Source of the DNA: Podarcis pityusensis
Taxonomy: Eukaryota
NCBI GenBank assembly: GCA_964106645.2
Contig: OZ067048.1
DNA length: 64,000 bases
Reading direction: 5' to 3' (one strand)
Part shown: piece after piece, positions 36,043-48,918 of the stretch
Numbering within the stretch: the first letter of the stretch is position 1
Layout of the letters: each line of letters opens with the position of its first letter
The notes under the pieces: model-generated
Database searches by the model: none
What the model was told of the DNA's origin: nothing
The model's input: only the letters and a program-made list of their open reading frames with translations
Program-made: the position numbers and the translations under genes

Positions 36043-39000
36043 AAGCATGGATAGGATTCCCTTGTGAATTAAATGAAGGACTGGCATTTGTGTTAGCAAG
36101 AAAGAGGTGAATCCTGGATTTCTTCATCTGTCTAGGACAGCTGCTTTCAAATAAGAGGCAGGGAACAGATGCATACAGACATATTGAAAATCCATGTATG
36201 AAGGAACCAAAGAATACCCCAAAGAATCCATGGTGGGAGGGGTGTGGAATGACTGCTCCTCTGCCCTCCTTTCCTCTATCCTTTTCTGTGCTTGTCCCTT
36301 CTCTTCAAGAAGTGCCAGGCAATCGTTTCTGACCTACTATCACCTCATAGTGACTACATGCTCTCGGTATGGGAAACATTGCTTGAGATCATACATGGTT
36401 TTAGGATTTTCTTTCTAGTCCTGAGGGCTGGAAATGTTGCAAATAAAAACTGCCCACAGAAAGTTGTTAGTTAAAGTGACACAGGCTAGGTATTTGTAAA
36501 CAGGATTGGTAGAAGGGAAGGATGTTATCTTACTATTGGGCTGCATGAGAGAAAGAAATGACAAGAAAATGCTCACAGGAGAAATATATGCCATGCTAAA
36601 TGCTAGAATAAAATGAAGTGTTGAATTCTGGAGAGTCTCTGTAACTTATGGGGAACACAGACTCCTCCCTATGTAGCTGAGACTTTAAAGAAAAAGAATA
36701 GATGATATTTTCCCTAGTAATCCAGAGTTATTGTTGTTTGCAGACAGAGTCTATGGAAATTGAGTTGTGTAGGAGGCAGCAATAGATTATGAAATATCTA
36801 TCAAAAGATTCAGCATGTGGGTGATAGTTTCTCTTTGATTGATGTTGCCTGCTCAGGGGGTAGAATCTCCCAAGATGGATGGATGTAATTATTCATGCAC
36901 AGGCATGCACTTTGCTGCATGCATGTTAGCAAATCAGGTAATTATAAGTAGGCAGGATTAGAGGAGCGCTTTGCTAGGTAAGTGTGTGCAATGTCCAGTG
37001 TAGAACTACTTACCCATTTAATATTTTAGCATTTGTAGTCAGAGGTCAAGCCTATAAAATGTGGTCCTCAGAGCCAGGTGATACAAGTAGTACTGCCACT
37101 CAACTCCCAGTCTGTTTCTTTATTAATAATAATAATAATTAAAGAAGCACTTTCTTATCCCATAAGCCTGCTTGATCTTTCAGATGATCTGGAGAGGTCC
37201 TGTTGAGTGAACCACCCAGCTTAGTAGCTGGGATCTCAATATAAGGCACTCTCGATTGCAGCAGTCAGGACACAATCCAATACTTGAGGTATGCCAGCTA
37301 TAAGGGGCTTAGGATTTGACACCTGTCCCATTGTATTGACAGAATGCCAAATATCTTGCTGGCTATGACAGATATGCTGTTGGAATGCCCTCATTATTCC
37401 AGTGGAACACTCAGTCAGAAAGCTGGTGGGGACACAACAGCAGGAAGGGTGCAAGAGGGTGCTCTTCTTTCTTCCAACCACAAACAAAGCATGCTACTGC
37501 TTCACATGGTCGCTTGGCAGCAGCCTCCAAGTGTATTCCTCCAGGAACAGAATGCCCCTGACAAGGATGGAATACCTGAAGCTGCAGCAAGACTTTTTTT
37601 CTATTAAAAGGTGGTGGGAGGACACACATGACCTTTAGCTACCATGCAAAAGTCAACAATTCTTAACATCCCTACCCCCAAAATAAATATTAATACAGTT
37701 CAAGGGATTAACACATTTGGTCAGGGCCAGCTGCTTCAGACTATCACTAATTACAGCTCATTTGGTTTAACAAGCTCCTTGAATTTTGTTTCAAAAGTCT
37801 TGACTCCGGCAAATTTTCCCCATACCCTGGTGATTTCTAAAAGTTCTGCTGCATACCAGGTTGGTGAACTGTAAGACCTCTGCCATCCAAGACATTATCC
37901 TTGATGAGCATGCTGACCTGTTGTACGTTACAAGAGATCTGACTGGACAAGCTGAGAGGAGGTTTATTGTCTCAGTTGTGCCCACCAGGATTTCAAGTCC
38001 CCAAGCAGACTGACTTGGGGAGTTTGAGTTGCAGTAATCTTTCATGAATCCATTGCTCTGTCCAGTTGGTCATGTTTAGCGGTTTCCAAGTGCACCTCTT
38101 GAAACAAATTCGGGATTCTCTTGCTGTATTGCTCACCCTACTGTCCAACTCTTTCTACTTTTGAGCTGGCAGAGGTGGTTTCAACTTTGATGTTGGGACT
38201 CTCCTGGGCTACTTGTTGGGATGGTTTCAATGTTTGTGCCAAGACCCTCTCATATGGGGCAGATCAAGAGTGCATGGTTTTCATGATCGCAATTGTCCTG
38301 TTGCAACTGGCGCATGACCTCACCTCTGTTGTGAAGCACACTCTTAGACTTCACAGGTGATGATTTGGGGGTGGAGGAGTTGAGAATAACTGATGGATAT
38401 AATCTGACTCATAGTTTTGATTCCTACTACCTTGCCTATGTACTTGTAACTGAATTTTATTTTCAGTATATTTTGAGATATTCCTTAAATGTATTTTGTT
38501 GGAAGCCACTGTGAGTGTCACATTTGTGGCACATAAATAATGCTGTAAATAAAGTTGCAGCATAAATGTGCATTCAAATTAGAGAAGCTTAGTACTTTCT
38601 TTGTTGTTTAATTGGTTTTACTTGGTGAGTAAGAGCGATTCAGCCAAAACTGAGTGCACATAGGTTCAGCTGGTATCACTAGGAGAGAATCAATTGGCTG
38701 CTCAATATTTTTTTTTACCTTAACTGGATAATGCCACAATCTTGTAACACAGTTATCTGCTCAAGTCTACACTGCACCTAGTTTTATACTTCTTTCCAGC
38801 ACGTCTGTCATTATTTCCGATGAGTAAGAAATGAATTCACACTTGTAGAAGTCCTATCAGTACCACTAGTTCACTAGCCTCTCACCTTCGAGGTTCAATT
38901 TCAAGAAGAGGTTACAATTAAAAATAACTTGGATTGCATGCAGTTCTCCATCTGTGTGCACCATGATAACGACTGTCGTGTGTGTCACAATTGTCAGTGT

Positions 39001-39528
39001 CTCCTTAGTGCAGTTATAGGAAAGGAATAACAGGGGTTCTTTCGCAGGTCAGAGAAAAGGTATATTACGCGAGCTTTGGAGCAAATCTTCCACTCTGATT
39101 TATTTCAGGTCAGAGCTGTTAAGATCTTTCACATTTATGAGTTCTTACATTCACTTGCCCACTGAAAAGGAGGTGCGGCTGGGAACTCATTGACTCCAGG
39201 TGCAAGAGTGTTCCCTTTGCTTGTGTGGAACTTTCACTAGCTTTTAGTTATTATGGCTTGCAGTAGTTTCCTCTCCACTCCCCTAAAAAGCAAAATGAGG
39301 ACTGAGCATGTGAGCGTTCTGGCTGACAGCATCAGCAAGCATGGAAGCATTGCACTCTTTTTGTATCTCCCTATAGGTCTCTTAATTTAACGTGTTCATA
39401 AGAGTTGTGATTATGGAGATTATAAACATCAGGTTCCTTGAAAGTACGTACCACTTATTTTAATAGGACTTGCTCACAAGTATATAAAGGATTAAAGATG
39501 TTCCGTGCAATTCTAGACATGGTTACTT

Positions 39529-40320
39529 GCCCAGGCAGGCGCATTATATGACCCATGAGAGCAGCAAAATAACCAGACTGTACAATGGTGATGGAATAAA
39601 ATCAGGCCAATTTTTTATTGACAGCAGCAGGAAGGGCAAGGGTTGGCATTGGGTCCCAGGACCAGTTCTTCATTCCACAAGCCCCATGTTGATGGAATGG
39701 ACCCACTAGGGTTGGGTTGCTCTAAACCTGTACGACGGGATTGGCCAGTGTTGAACCTTGCCATGGTGCAAGACAAGCAAGCAAGGTCTCACTGGGGGAC
39801 CAGGATGCAGATTCTAACTAGGCAGATACCGAACCCATGCTTTGGTTTGCCATGGTCAATCCTCCCCTCAGGCCCCTTATGGGGGCTCTCCATACTATGT
39901 CGATCCTGACCAATCCTGTTTACGCCCTCTTACAAACATGTTCTTCCGTCTAACAAAGGAAAGCCATAATTTCACTGAGGGAAAGGTGAAAAAAGACTCC
40001 AACCAAGTGCCAGTCAGGTTGGGGGGGGGACCATTTCTGGCCCTGTCAACCAATGATCCAAAATTGCTCAGTGAAGGCTCTAACCCAAAGGTGGGTGGGT
40101 GGGAAGCTCTCAAAGCAAAATGGCTGTGAGCTCCAGGGGAGGCAGCCTTATATAGGCTTTCCCCTCCCTTCTTCTGCAAGGGCTCATGGGACAGTTTTTC
40201 CCATGAGCCCATCACACAGAGAAGATACTGGGCAAAACATTGCCCAGTATTTTGCTGCAATCTATGCACCACAGCGCCGCAGGACAAAGGCGTCCCATGT
40301 TTATTGGGCACAGAACGAGG
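39529..40320 (-). mobile_element. LTR-like insertion (probable solo LTR) splitting a short palindromic repeat
   Basis: Minus strand has a TATA box (CCTATATAAG, ~40147-40156) and a downstream AATAAA (~39613-39618). The flanks rejoin into the GCAATyCTA…ATAGGATTGC palindromic repeat. Termini and TSD not resolved. Confidence 0.4.
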
Positions 40321-40828
40321 CTTAGAAGGACTTCCAATTAAGTTCAATCCAATTTATTCCTAAGTAAATGTGGATAGGATTGCAGTTATTTTTTTCCCAT
40401 GGTTATGTTGAACAGCTGCAGGCAACAGCAGTATGTAACACTAGTTTAAGGGAAATGGGTTATCAGTTAATGCATCATTAACTGATTGTAATGCAGTTAA
40501 TGCTCACTATAACTTGGATTCTGCCGTTTGTGAAAATATAAGCAACATATCCAACTAAATATGCAAATCACCAGCAATCCTCCAATTTGTGTTATAATTC
40601 CAATGTGGCTCTCAGAACAACATTCTTAAACCCCAATCAATTGAAAACTTGGCATTATTTAATTGACTGATGAATAGATTGGATTAAATGTTAAGGTAAA
40701 CTATGCATTATGTTAGAGCACCCAAGATCATATTCGACCAGGGTCATAGTGGAAGTGGCAGGACTCTTACCCCTTTCCCTGAATGTTGCATGAGCCCATT
40801 ATCCAGGTCAACCTCCTAGAGCTGCTGT

Positions 40829-40970
40829 TAGAATCAGAGAACTGCAGACTTGGAAGGGACCACAAGGGTCATCTAGTCCAACCCCCTGCAATGCAGGAAT
40901 CTTTTGTCCAACGTGGGGCTCGAACCCACAACCCTGAGATTAAGAGTTTCCTGCTTTATTGACTGAGCTA
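40829..40970 (-). mobile_element. tRNA-Lys(CTT)-derived SINE with CR1 3' tail
   Basis: Minus strand TAGCTCAGTC…ACTCTTAATCTCAGGGTTGTGGGTTCGAGCCCCACGTTGG closely follows vertebrate tRNA-Lys-CTT, then ATTCCTGCATTGCAGGGGGTTGGACTAGATGACCC. Confidence 0.85.
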
Positions 40971-41049
40971 TTTCAGAGTGGATGGTGGTGGGGATATGAG
41001 CTTAACAACTGAAGCTCACAAGTTTGCTTCTTTGTGACTAATGGTAGTT

Positions 41050-41097
<48 letters not shown>
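41050..41097. repeat. Compound (GT)n(GA)n microsatellite
   Basis: Direct reading of the sequence. Confidence 0.9.
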
Positions 41098-41649
41098 GTT
41101 ATGGTGTGTGGGACGAAGGGGTTAGGCCTCCTCCCTTGTGCTGGCCACAGTCCAAGTCTCTCATATAGATGATTTCATAAATGGGAAATTATGTTGGGGC
41201 CTCCAAAGAAGAAGCTCCAACATAACATAGCAATTTAATTTGGCCCTTAGTAGATCTTGGTTTTTTTCTGAGACAGCTAACAAGTCATAGAGTTGGGTTC
41301 AAACCCTTCTGTGAACTTAAATAGGTGTTACTCATATAGGTGTGTATATTTATGAACTGCCAGTTTTTTTAATAAGGAAAAGGAGTTTTGGGACACATAG
41401 TTTTGGTGGAAAAAGCCAGGGGAGGGGGGAGGAATGTTCAGCATTTCCCCTACATGTTGTTTCCCCATTGCAAATTGCCCTCCTGAATATGCTGTTCCCC
41501 CTGTTGCATTGCAGACATGTGTTCAAACATGAATCTTGAATCCTCCTGTGAACATTCAGCTGGGAGAAAGCTTTGGAATGGAGAACTAGTGATACTTGCT
41601 TCTGCTAAAAAAAGCTGCAGTATCCCAAAACTGCTTGAAATATGCAGAT

Positions 41650-42008
41650 AGGTAAAGGACCCCTGGATGGTTAAGTCCAGTCAAAGGCGACTATGCGGTT
41701 GTGGCGCTCATCTTGCTTTCAGGCCAAGGGAGCCGGCATTTGTCCACAGACAGCTTTCTGGGTCATGTGGCCAGCATGACTAAACCACTTCTGGCACAAC
41801 GGAACACCATGACAGAAGCCAGAGCACACAGAAACGCTGTTTACCTTCCCGCCGCAGCAGTACCATTTTAACTACTTGCATTGGCATGCTTTCGAACTTC
41901 TAGGTTGGCAGAAGCTGGGACAGAGCAACAGGAGCTCACCCTGTTGCAGGGATTCAAACCACCGACCTTCTGATTGGCAAGCCCAAAAGGCTCAGTGGTT
42001 TGGACCAC
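41650..42008 (-). mobile_element. Sauria SINE, different subfamily from 1633-1983
   Basis: Shares GGTCATGTGGCCAGCATGACTAA, TTTACCTTCCCGCC and CTAGGTTGGCAG blocks with the 1633-1983 copy. Confidence 0.85.
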
Positions 42009-43094
42009 TTATGCAAAGCCCTGAATTGACCGGTTTTTTCCTGTTGCCTCTGGACTTTGGGTGACGTATATGCTATGCATGTATATCTGCAGATGCAGTA
42101 CCTGCTTGAGGTAGCTGCCTAGAGAAGATTTCCAAGGCCTTGAAACACTGCAGTCACTCCAAGTTACTGAGACTTCAGTACTTCCAGGTCAAATGGACTA
42201 ATGGTCTCAATAGAAAACCTTGCCTCAAATCATGAGATCTAGTTCACTGTTTATGATTTTCTACTCTGCTATTTAGAATGCTTTAATACTCTTTTAAAAA
42301 CAAAAACAAAAAAACCTTCTACCTTTAGTTAAGGCTCTGTGCCAATTGTACAGAGCTACATTTCTTTAAAGGTCTTGTGGGTGCTAGATGGATAAGCAGA
42401 TTGGCAGGTGCAGTATTATACAGAGCCCCATTAAAGTAGGTGGTTATATTATTAGTATTAGTACTTTCTGAAATTGCATGCCTTTTAAAAATAAAATGGA
42501 TTATACTATTACTTGTCCTCTTTTAGCAGATGTATTTAATGTTTTAGTTATGAAATATTTGATGGGGGAAAACTCACCAGGGAGATTCTTGGCACTTGAA
42601 ATTAAGTTCACTTGCAAGGTGGAGAAAGAATTTTAATAATTGCAGCAAAGGTAATTTGATACATTCCTAGCAATAAGTATGCCTGTGACACCATGCTCAC
42701 TGCCACAAATCAGACTAAGGACTCTATTCATGAATGAGTCATGTCCCGCTTATCCTCCATTTTTATGTGGTGTAAATTTAATGGAAAGATCAGGTAGTGT
42801 GTCTTTTCTGTACTAGAACATAGCTCTCTTGACTTCTGTTGATAACAATAACCTTTTTATTAAAAGCGTGTCTCTGTTAAAGAGATCATTTGTACAAATT
42901 CAGTGTTGGTTGTAGTAGTAGTAGTAGTAATAATAGTTGTTGTTAAAAAACACTTTTATATTTATTTACAACAAGCTCTCATAGGTAAGAACGTTAGTTT
43001 ATAAACTGGGATTTGCACATAATCTATAACCATGAAGGTGTCCTGACGTCTGCTTATAAAAGCTCTTTCACTTTCCCCTGCTTTCTTCTGTTCC

Positions 43095-43860
43095 TTCAGA
43101 ACTTAACAAGAGCTTACAAATCCTCCCAAAGGCCTATTTAGGTTATCCCCCTATATCCCACAGCTGCCAGGCAGATGCCTGTGGGAGACCAACAAGCAAT
43201 AGCCCTCTCCTGCGGTTGTTTTCCAGCTACGGGTATTGAGAGACTTTCAGCCTCTGATCTTGAGGTGGCATATAGCCATCATAATTGGTAGCTGCTGATA
43301 GCTTCACCCTCCATGAATTTGTGTAATCTCTTCTAAAAGCCATCTAAGTTGGTTTCTATCACTGCATCTCCTGGTAGGAAAAGTCAACAATTTCACTATG
43401 TCTGCCCTGAATCTTCCAGCATTTAGTCTCTTTGGATGACCTTCGGGTTCTAGCATTAAGGGAGGAAGAAAAACTTAACGCTATCTACTTTCTCCACATC
43501 ATGCTTCCCCCCCTCCATTCACCAAACATAACACTTCTTTTCATACAGTACTTTCTCCAGATAATTTTGGGTGCCTTTTTCTGCATTTTTTCCAGCTCTA
43601 CAGTATGTGGTTGTTGTTCTTTTTTGAGATGCAGGAAGCAGAACTGTCCACAGGATTACAAGTGTGATCGCACCATAGGTTTGCATGAAGACATTACAAT
43701 ATTGGCAGTTTCATTTTCAGTCCCTTTTCTAACTCTTCTCTAGCATGGAATTTTCTAACATTTTCATAGCTGCCTCACACAAGGCCCGTGATTTCCACCA
43801 GAACACCACAGTTTCTTTCCTGATTAGGCACTGCCAGTTCAGACACCATCCATGTATACT
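43095..43860 (-). mobile_element. Old CR1 LINE 3' fragment
   Basis: Antisense CR1 hallmarks: CCTCCATGAATTTGTGTAATCTCTTCTAAAAGCCATCTAAG and TTTTTGAGATGCAGG..CAGAACTGTCCACAGGATTACAAGTGTGATCGCACC. Confidence 0.65.
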
Positions 43861-44020
43861 TTAGGATTTAAAAGTGGTGCGATGTATTAACTATTTGTAA
43901 CCCACTGTGGAAATCATTATTCTGAAGATGTAGGCTCTAACGTATTTGTGAGTTTTTGGATATTTGGGATTGTGGCTGTTGTATAACAAAATTATGTGGA
44001 TGCAAGGAACTAAATTGTTA

Positions 44021-44416
44021 CGTACCCTCCAATATTTCTCCAAGGAAAATAGGGATGTCCTATTCCATGTTAATAATAATAATAACAACAAAAATTTTAT
44101 TATTTATAACCCACACATCTGGCTGGGTTGCCCCAGCCACTCTGAGCAGTTTCCAACATGCAGAAAAACATAATAAAACATCAAACATTAAAAAACTTCC
44201 CTAAACAGGGCTGCCTTCAGGTGTCTTCTAAAGGTTGTATAATTACTTATCTCCTTGGCTCTGGCGTCACATAACTCCATACCCTCCAACACTTCTCTGA
44301 TGAAAATAGGGACGTCCTAAGGAAAAAAGGGACAATTCCAGAATCAAATCAGAAACTGGGATGGCTTCTGTAAATCTGGGACTGCCCCTGGAAAATAGGG
44401 ACGCTTGGAGGGTCTG
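44021..44416. mobile_element. Composite hAT-like MITE with a duplicated terminus and a captured L2 3' end
   Basis: Two left ends, CGTACCCTCCAA (44021) and CATACCCTCCAA (44278), and one right end TTGGAGGGTCTG. AAATAGGGAC subterminal repeats. 44070-44258 is antisense to the L2 tail at 20310-20479. No TSD found. Confidence 0.7.
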
Positions 44417-45692
44417 CTGTCCAGAGATCCATATGTGCTCAGATGAGCACATGAGTCTTCTGTCATTCAGTACTGAATATTATGTAGGCCCTCTTCTGCA
44501 TGAAAATCTTTCTCCTCAATGGAATTGAATGGAAAACCAGGGTGGACAACATAGCATCTATCACAGAAACCATTTTGTTACTCTGTCAGCATACTTTGTC
44601 GCTATGGCTTCTTCAGTCACTGGAGACACTCTTTTGCTCCGGTATTGTAACTTTTATTTTATTTATTTGAGGCATTTATAGGCTGCCTTTCATAATATCT
44701 ATCCCAGGGTGGTTAAAGAGCAATCATTTACACATGCCGAAGAGCCAACAGGTACGCACCGAGTTCTTGTTTTTGTTTCGCTGGCTCTCTGCAACAAATC
44801 ACTAAGCCCTCCTGAGCTGAGAAAGTAGTTGGCAGATGAGATGGGGGTGGTGCTGGAAATGAACAAAAAATAAAATCCCAACAGCATATGTAGATCTGGT
44901 GAGTGTGTCGTTTTGGCAAACCCTGCTTGTGAGTATTTCAAGACAGCTTGACAGACTATAGGGGATTAGTTCACGCATACCTTTGAGTCTGCATACCGAA
45001 AGCCTTTTAGTAGAGAATTTTTATTATAGCTGTAAACCCTTGGAAAAGTTGCCAATTAGCTGAAAAGCATTATCTGGCTTTGTCCATCTTCTTTTCCTTC
45101 AGTTTACAGAAATATAGTAATAAGATAATATATATGTTGTACTCTTTACTGCAAGATACCCACAGAGGTGCCTGGTACTAAATTGTGCTGAAAAGTTGCT
45201 GAATAGTTATCTGGGTGTTCACAATGCCTCTTTTATGTGCATTGATTAATTTTATATTCTTTGCTCCATAAATCAAGGTAATAAGGAACATTTCCAAATG
45301 TGCCACTGAAAGTACCTTTTGCATTACCTTTGTTCTATTTAGAACCTTGTTTGTATTATATACTGCAGAACAAGCTGATATACAGTTGTAGGTCTAGGGA
45401 TGTGCAAGTCTCTCTTAGCACTCTTAACATGGTCAGATTATTACTGTGTTCTCTGATTCGACTTGATGTGTTCAAGGATCTTCTCTGATCTGAAAGGTCA
45501 GCTGCTTTTAGATGTGCACCAGCAGAATACTAATACTGTCCTTATTCAAATTACCTGGTACAGTACTTATTAAATTGATGGCCTTGTGCTCTAATTTAAT
45601 ACTGCCGTTGTTCAGAGACGGGTCGCAGCTGCACTCTGTGCTGAATTAGGTGGATCTGAGGCAAAGTTCAAGCAGAAACCATGGTTTTGGGC

Positions 45693-45872
45693 NNNNNNNN
45701 NNNNNNNNNNNNNNNNNNNNNNNNNNNNNNNNNNNNNNNNNNNNNNNNNNNNNNNNNNNNNNNNNNNNNNNNNNNNNNNNNNNNNNNNNNNNNNNNNNNN
45801 NNNNNNNNNNNNNNNNNNNNNNNNNNNNNNNNNNNNNNNNNNNNNNNNNNNNNNNNNNNNNNNNNNNNNNNN
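45693..45872. other. Assembly gap (180 N)
   Basis: Run of N. Confidence 1.
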
Positions 45873-46726
45873 TCTACTTACATACATACATTCAGTTTTC
45901 AAGAGCTCCTCACAGATTGCTCAGCGATTGCTGAGATTTTAAGTCATGTTCTACAAATCAATACCGTCTTATGAACATAGTTGGCTCAGACAGAAAGATC
46001 TAAAATGTTAGGCGTTGCTTGGTTTGAAAACATTATGTCTGAAAGATGGTCCTGATATACTGTTTTTGTCTTTTTAAAAAAAATCTGTTTACTATTATTG
46101 AATATAGTGTTCATTAATTATTAAACTTTGAGAACCATTCAAGTCATGAAAAGAGCACAGAGAATTATCCGTGTTTATGTTACAGAAGAGGTGAGGCAGG
46201 TGAACAGCTTAGAAATTGCCCATAATTCTAAAACGATCCTAAAATGATTACCTCCATTGGCTGCAATCCAGAAGGGAACACGAGCACCACCTGCACATTT
46301 TCGGAGTGTTATACTCTCACCATCTGCCCTTAGAATATTCCAAAGATTCTTTTAAAGTGTCACTGCATTTCAAAAGCAGTTTGGTCGGGGTGAGGGGGCA
46401 GTCAGCATGAGAGGGATGTTCTGGTGCAGAAGTAGTTTGGCCTCTTGGCTTCTTTCCTAAGCTGATGAATGTTAATTTTAGCTTTATATTGAAACATATC
46501 CTCCAATTTCTCCCCTGGCAAAAGAGGCTTCTGTTTTTCTCCCACATTCTCAGGGTGCTTTGGATTTTGATGGGTTCAGGGTTGAGCTTTCTTTAACACT
46601 GTGAGGTGAGACCCGCAGGTATAGGGTGGTATATAAATTAAATAAAATTCTGTGTTTTTCTTTCCATGAAACATTTATTGTCTACTTTGCACCCAACCAT
46701 GGCTGAAAACCCTCATGGGAGGAGTT

Positions 46727-46871
46727 CATAGAAATCATAAAACTGGAAGGGAGCTGGAAGGGACCACAAGGGTCATAGAGCCCAACCCCCAGCAATGCAG
46801 GAATCTTTTGCCCAATGTGGGGCTTGAACCCCCAACTCTGAGATTAAGTGTCTCATGCTCTACCAACTGAT
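46727..46871 (-). mobile_element. tRNA-Lys-derived SINE with CR1 tail
   Basis: Same family as 40829-40970 (TCAGTTGGTAGAGCATGAGACACTTAATCTCAGAG…GGTTCAAGCCCCACATTGGGC). Confidence 0.85.
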
Positions 46872-47555
46872 GACGTGTACCCCTGGACTTTAATTGAAGC
46901 AACATGATAAGTTAGGGGAAGCTGGTTACTATATACACCAGATTGGTGGTGGTAGCAGGGTGGGGTACAAGTACACATTACTTGTCTAGAGAGCTATATG
47001 GCAAAATTTGGAGAAGTGCAAATATTAAAGATAGCTGGTTCATGTGTTGTTTCAGGAAGTACAAATGGAGTAGGTTTGCCATCAAATGTGAACTGAGATG
47101 AACTGAATTTCTCCTCCATCGATAATAGATGGGCACACTGATTTTGTTTTTAAGGAAAGTTCTTCCTTTTGCCCCCCCCCTTAATTTTGCACTGATTTCT
47201 AGGTGCACAGTATACAGCCTCTCTGCAATCCCATACTTACATGAAAGGTCACCTGAGGACAGGATGCTTAGGAACCCAGGAAGGCGGTAGAAGTAGACCA
47301 CTGGAGATACGACTGGCAGAATGAAAGACTCTCAGAGGTCTTGGCCATCTTGAAAGCAAGGTAAACACAACAGAAACACTATACCACCATGAAAATTTCA
47401 TCAACATTTTCTCTCTGCTTTGCTAATTTTTAATACAATTTCTTTTCTCATCAGTTGTTGGAGAATGGTTAAGAAAGCACATAATATTTTTTTTCAGACA
47501 CAGCTCTCATATATTTATTCACTGATGCCACAAATACTGCCATGCTACATCAGAC

Positions 47556-48118
47556 CAGTGCTTTTTTTCTTTAAAAAAATGTTTAAGGGTACTCTCATTT
47601 TCACTCAAGAAAATCACCATTTTATAGTTCAAATCAGGAAAAATAAATACAGTAAATGGACAAAAGTGCAAAGAACATGCATTACCTCATGATGATGAAA
47701 AATTTTCCTACTCATATTGAAATACTGCCCCTCAGTGAGGCCAAATTTTCATCAGTAAAGCCCTGCACATCCACATTCCAAACTGCTTCACACATTAAAT
47801 GCTTGCTTCTGTCTGAGACTCAGGAAACACCGGGAATGGAAATGAAGCCGACATCGGAGGTGGTAACAATGAAACTGACCAATCACTGTGCTAGATTCCA
47901 ACTCCTACTTCACACATTAAATGCTCACTTCCGTTTGAGACTCAGGAAACACCGTGACAGGAAATGAAGCTGCCATCGGGGATAGCAACAGAACTGATGA
48001 TTCACCGTGCTAGAGAAGAAACTTTTTTATTATTTTTTAATTAGTTTCTTCTCCCGTTAGATTCACAAAATGTTTAGGGGTATGCGTACCCCTGCATCCC
48101 TCCAGGAAAAAAGCACTG
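47556..48118. mobile_element. Non-autonomous hAT element with an internal ~120-bp tandem duplication
   Basis: TIRs CAGTGCTTTTTT / AAAAAAGCACTG. Degenerate 8-bp TSD CATCAGAC / CATCAAGC. Confidence 0.75.
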
Positions 48119-48423
48119 CATCAAGCTGATAATCACCTCCAGTAACCTCAGGTAAGGGGTGTTTCCTTAGGCAAAGCATGATGGTGTGTATTTGTATTTG
48201 CCATCTTTGGCTGAGACTCAGTACTTGGTAATCAGAACATTTGGTCATCATAGCTAATGACTACTAATAGGATTCATTTTATTTGGGTCTTTTTAGAGGA
48301 ATGCAAAAACCTAACCCAACAGCCTGTAGCATATTAGCATTCTTATTAACCTAGGATTCAAATACCCCACTCAGCCATGAATCACACTAGGTGACTTGGG
48401 ACCTGTCGCTCACTCGCAACCAC

Positions 48424-48918
48424 TGAGGCTTTTGCCCTCCTATGTGTGTGACATCATACCGGGTTCATAGGGAAAGGGCTAACTAATTGTAAAATGACTA
48501 ACCAATGGGAACCCAGGGGGCAGAGTTAACTGTGTATAAGGTTTATGCACAGAGGGGTTTTTTAGGGAGTTAGAGTTGTTGAGAAGCCAGTCTGGAGTTA
48601 GAAGAGAGAAATAAGAAAAGTCTGTGGGTTGGGCTAGTCTGGTGGGAGAGAGTGAGAGAATTTGTTAAGATGAGTCAGTCAAACAGTTGAGATAATCAGT
48701 CAGAAGGTATTAGAAAGGTATAGGCCGGTAAAGAAACTAAATTTAAGATACTGACAGGAATATTATCTGAGAAACCATAAACTTGTTAATGTTTGTAAAA
48801 TAAACTTGTTTTTTTGGTTCACTTTTAACGACTGACTGGACTCAGTGTTTTACCAGAGAGTAACTGGTTGGTGGCAGCAGGGAAGTGAGCACAGTGGTGG
48901 CACAGGGATCAATAGACA
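48424..48918 (+). mobile_element. LTR-like sequence (Gypsy/ERV solo LTR candidate)
   Basis: Starts TG, then CCAAT (~48502), TATA-like GTATAAG (~48534) and AATAAA (~48799) in LTR order. The 3' end is cut by an L1 insertion. Confidence 0.45.

Noticed and set aside
37640-38360. Possible ancient RTE-X/LINE ORF2 remnant
   Set aside because: Only faint motif echoes across frameshifts; not supportable without a profile search.
40900-40970. tRNA-Lys-like and tRNA-Ile-like sequences as functional tRNA genes
   Set aside because: Acceptor and D stems are mutated and each is fused to a CR1 tail, so they are SINE heads.
45612-45974. ORFs spanning the N runs (also 55873-56439)
   Set aside because: Artefacts of translating assembly gaps.
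47203-47360. AG…GT-bounded exon-like segment
   Set aside because: All three frames contain stops and there is no recognisable product.
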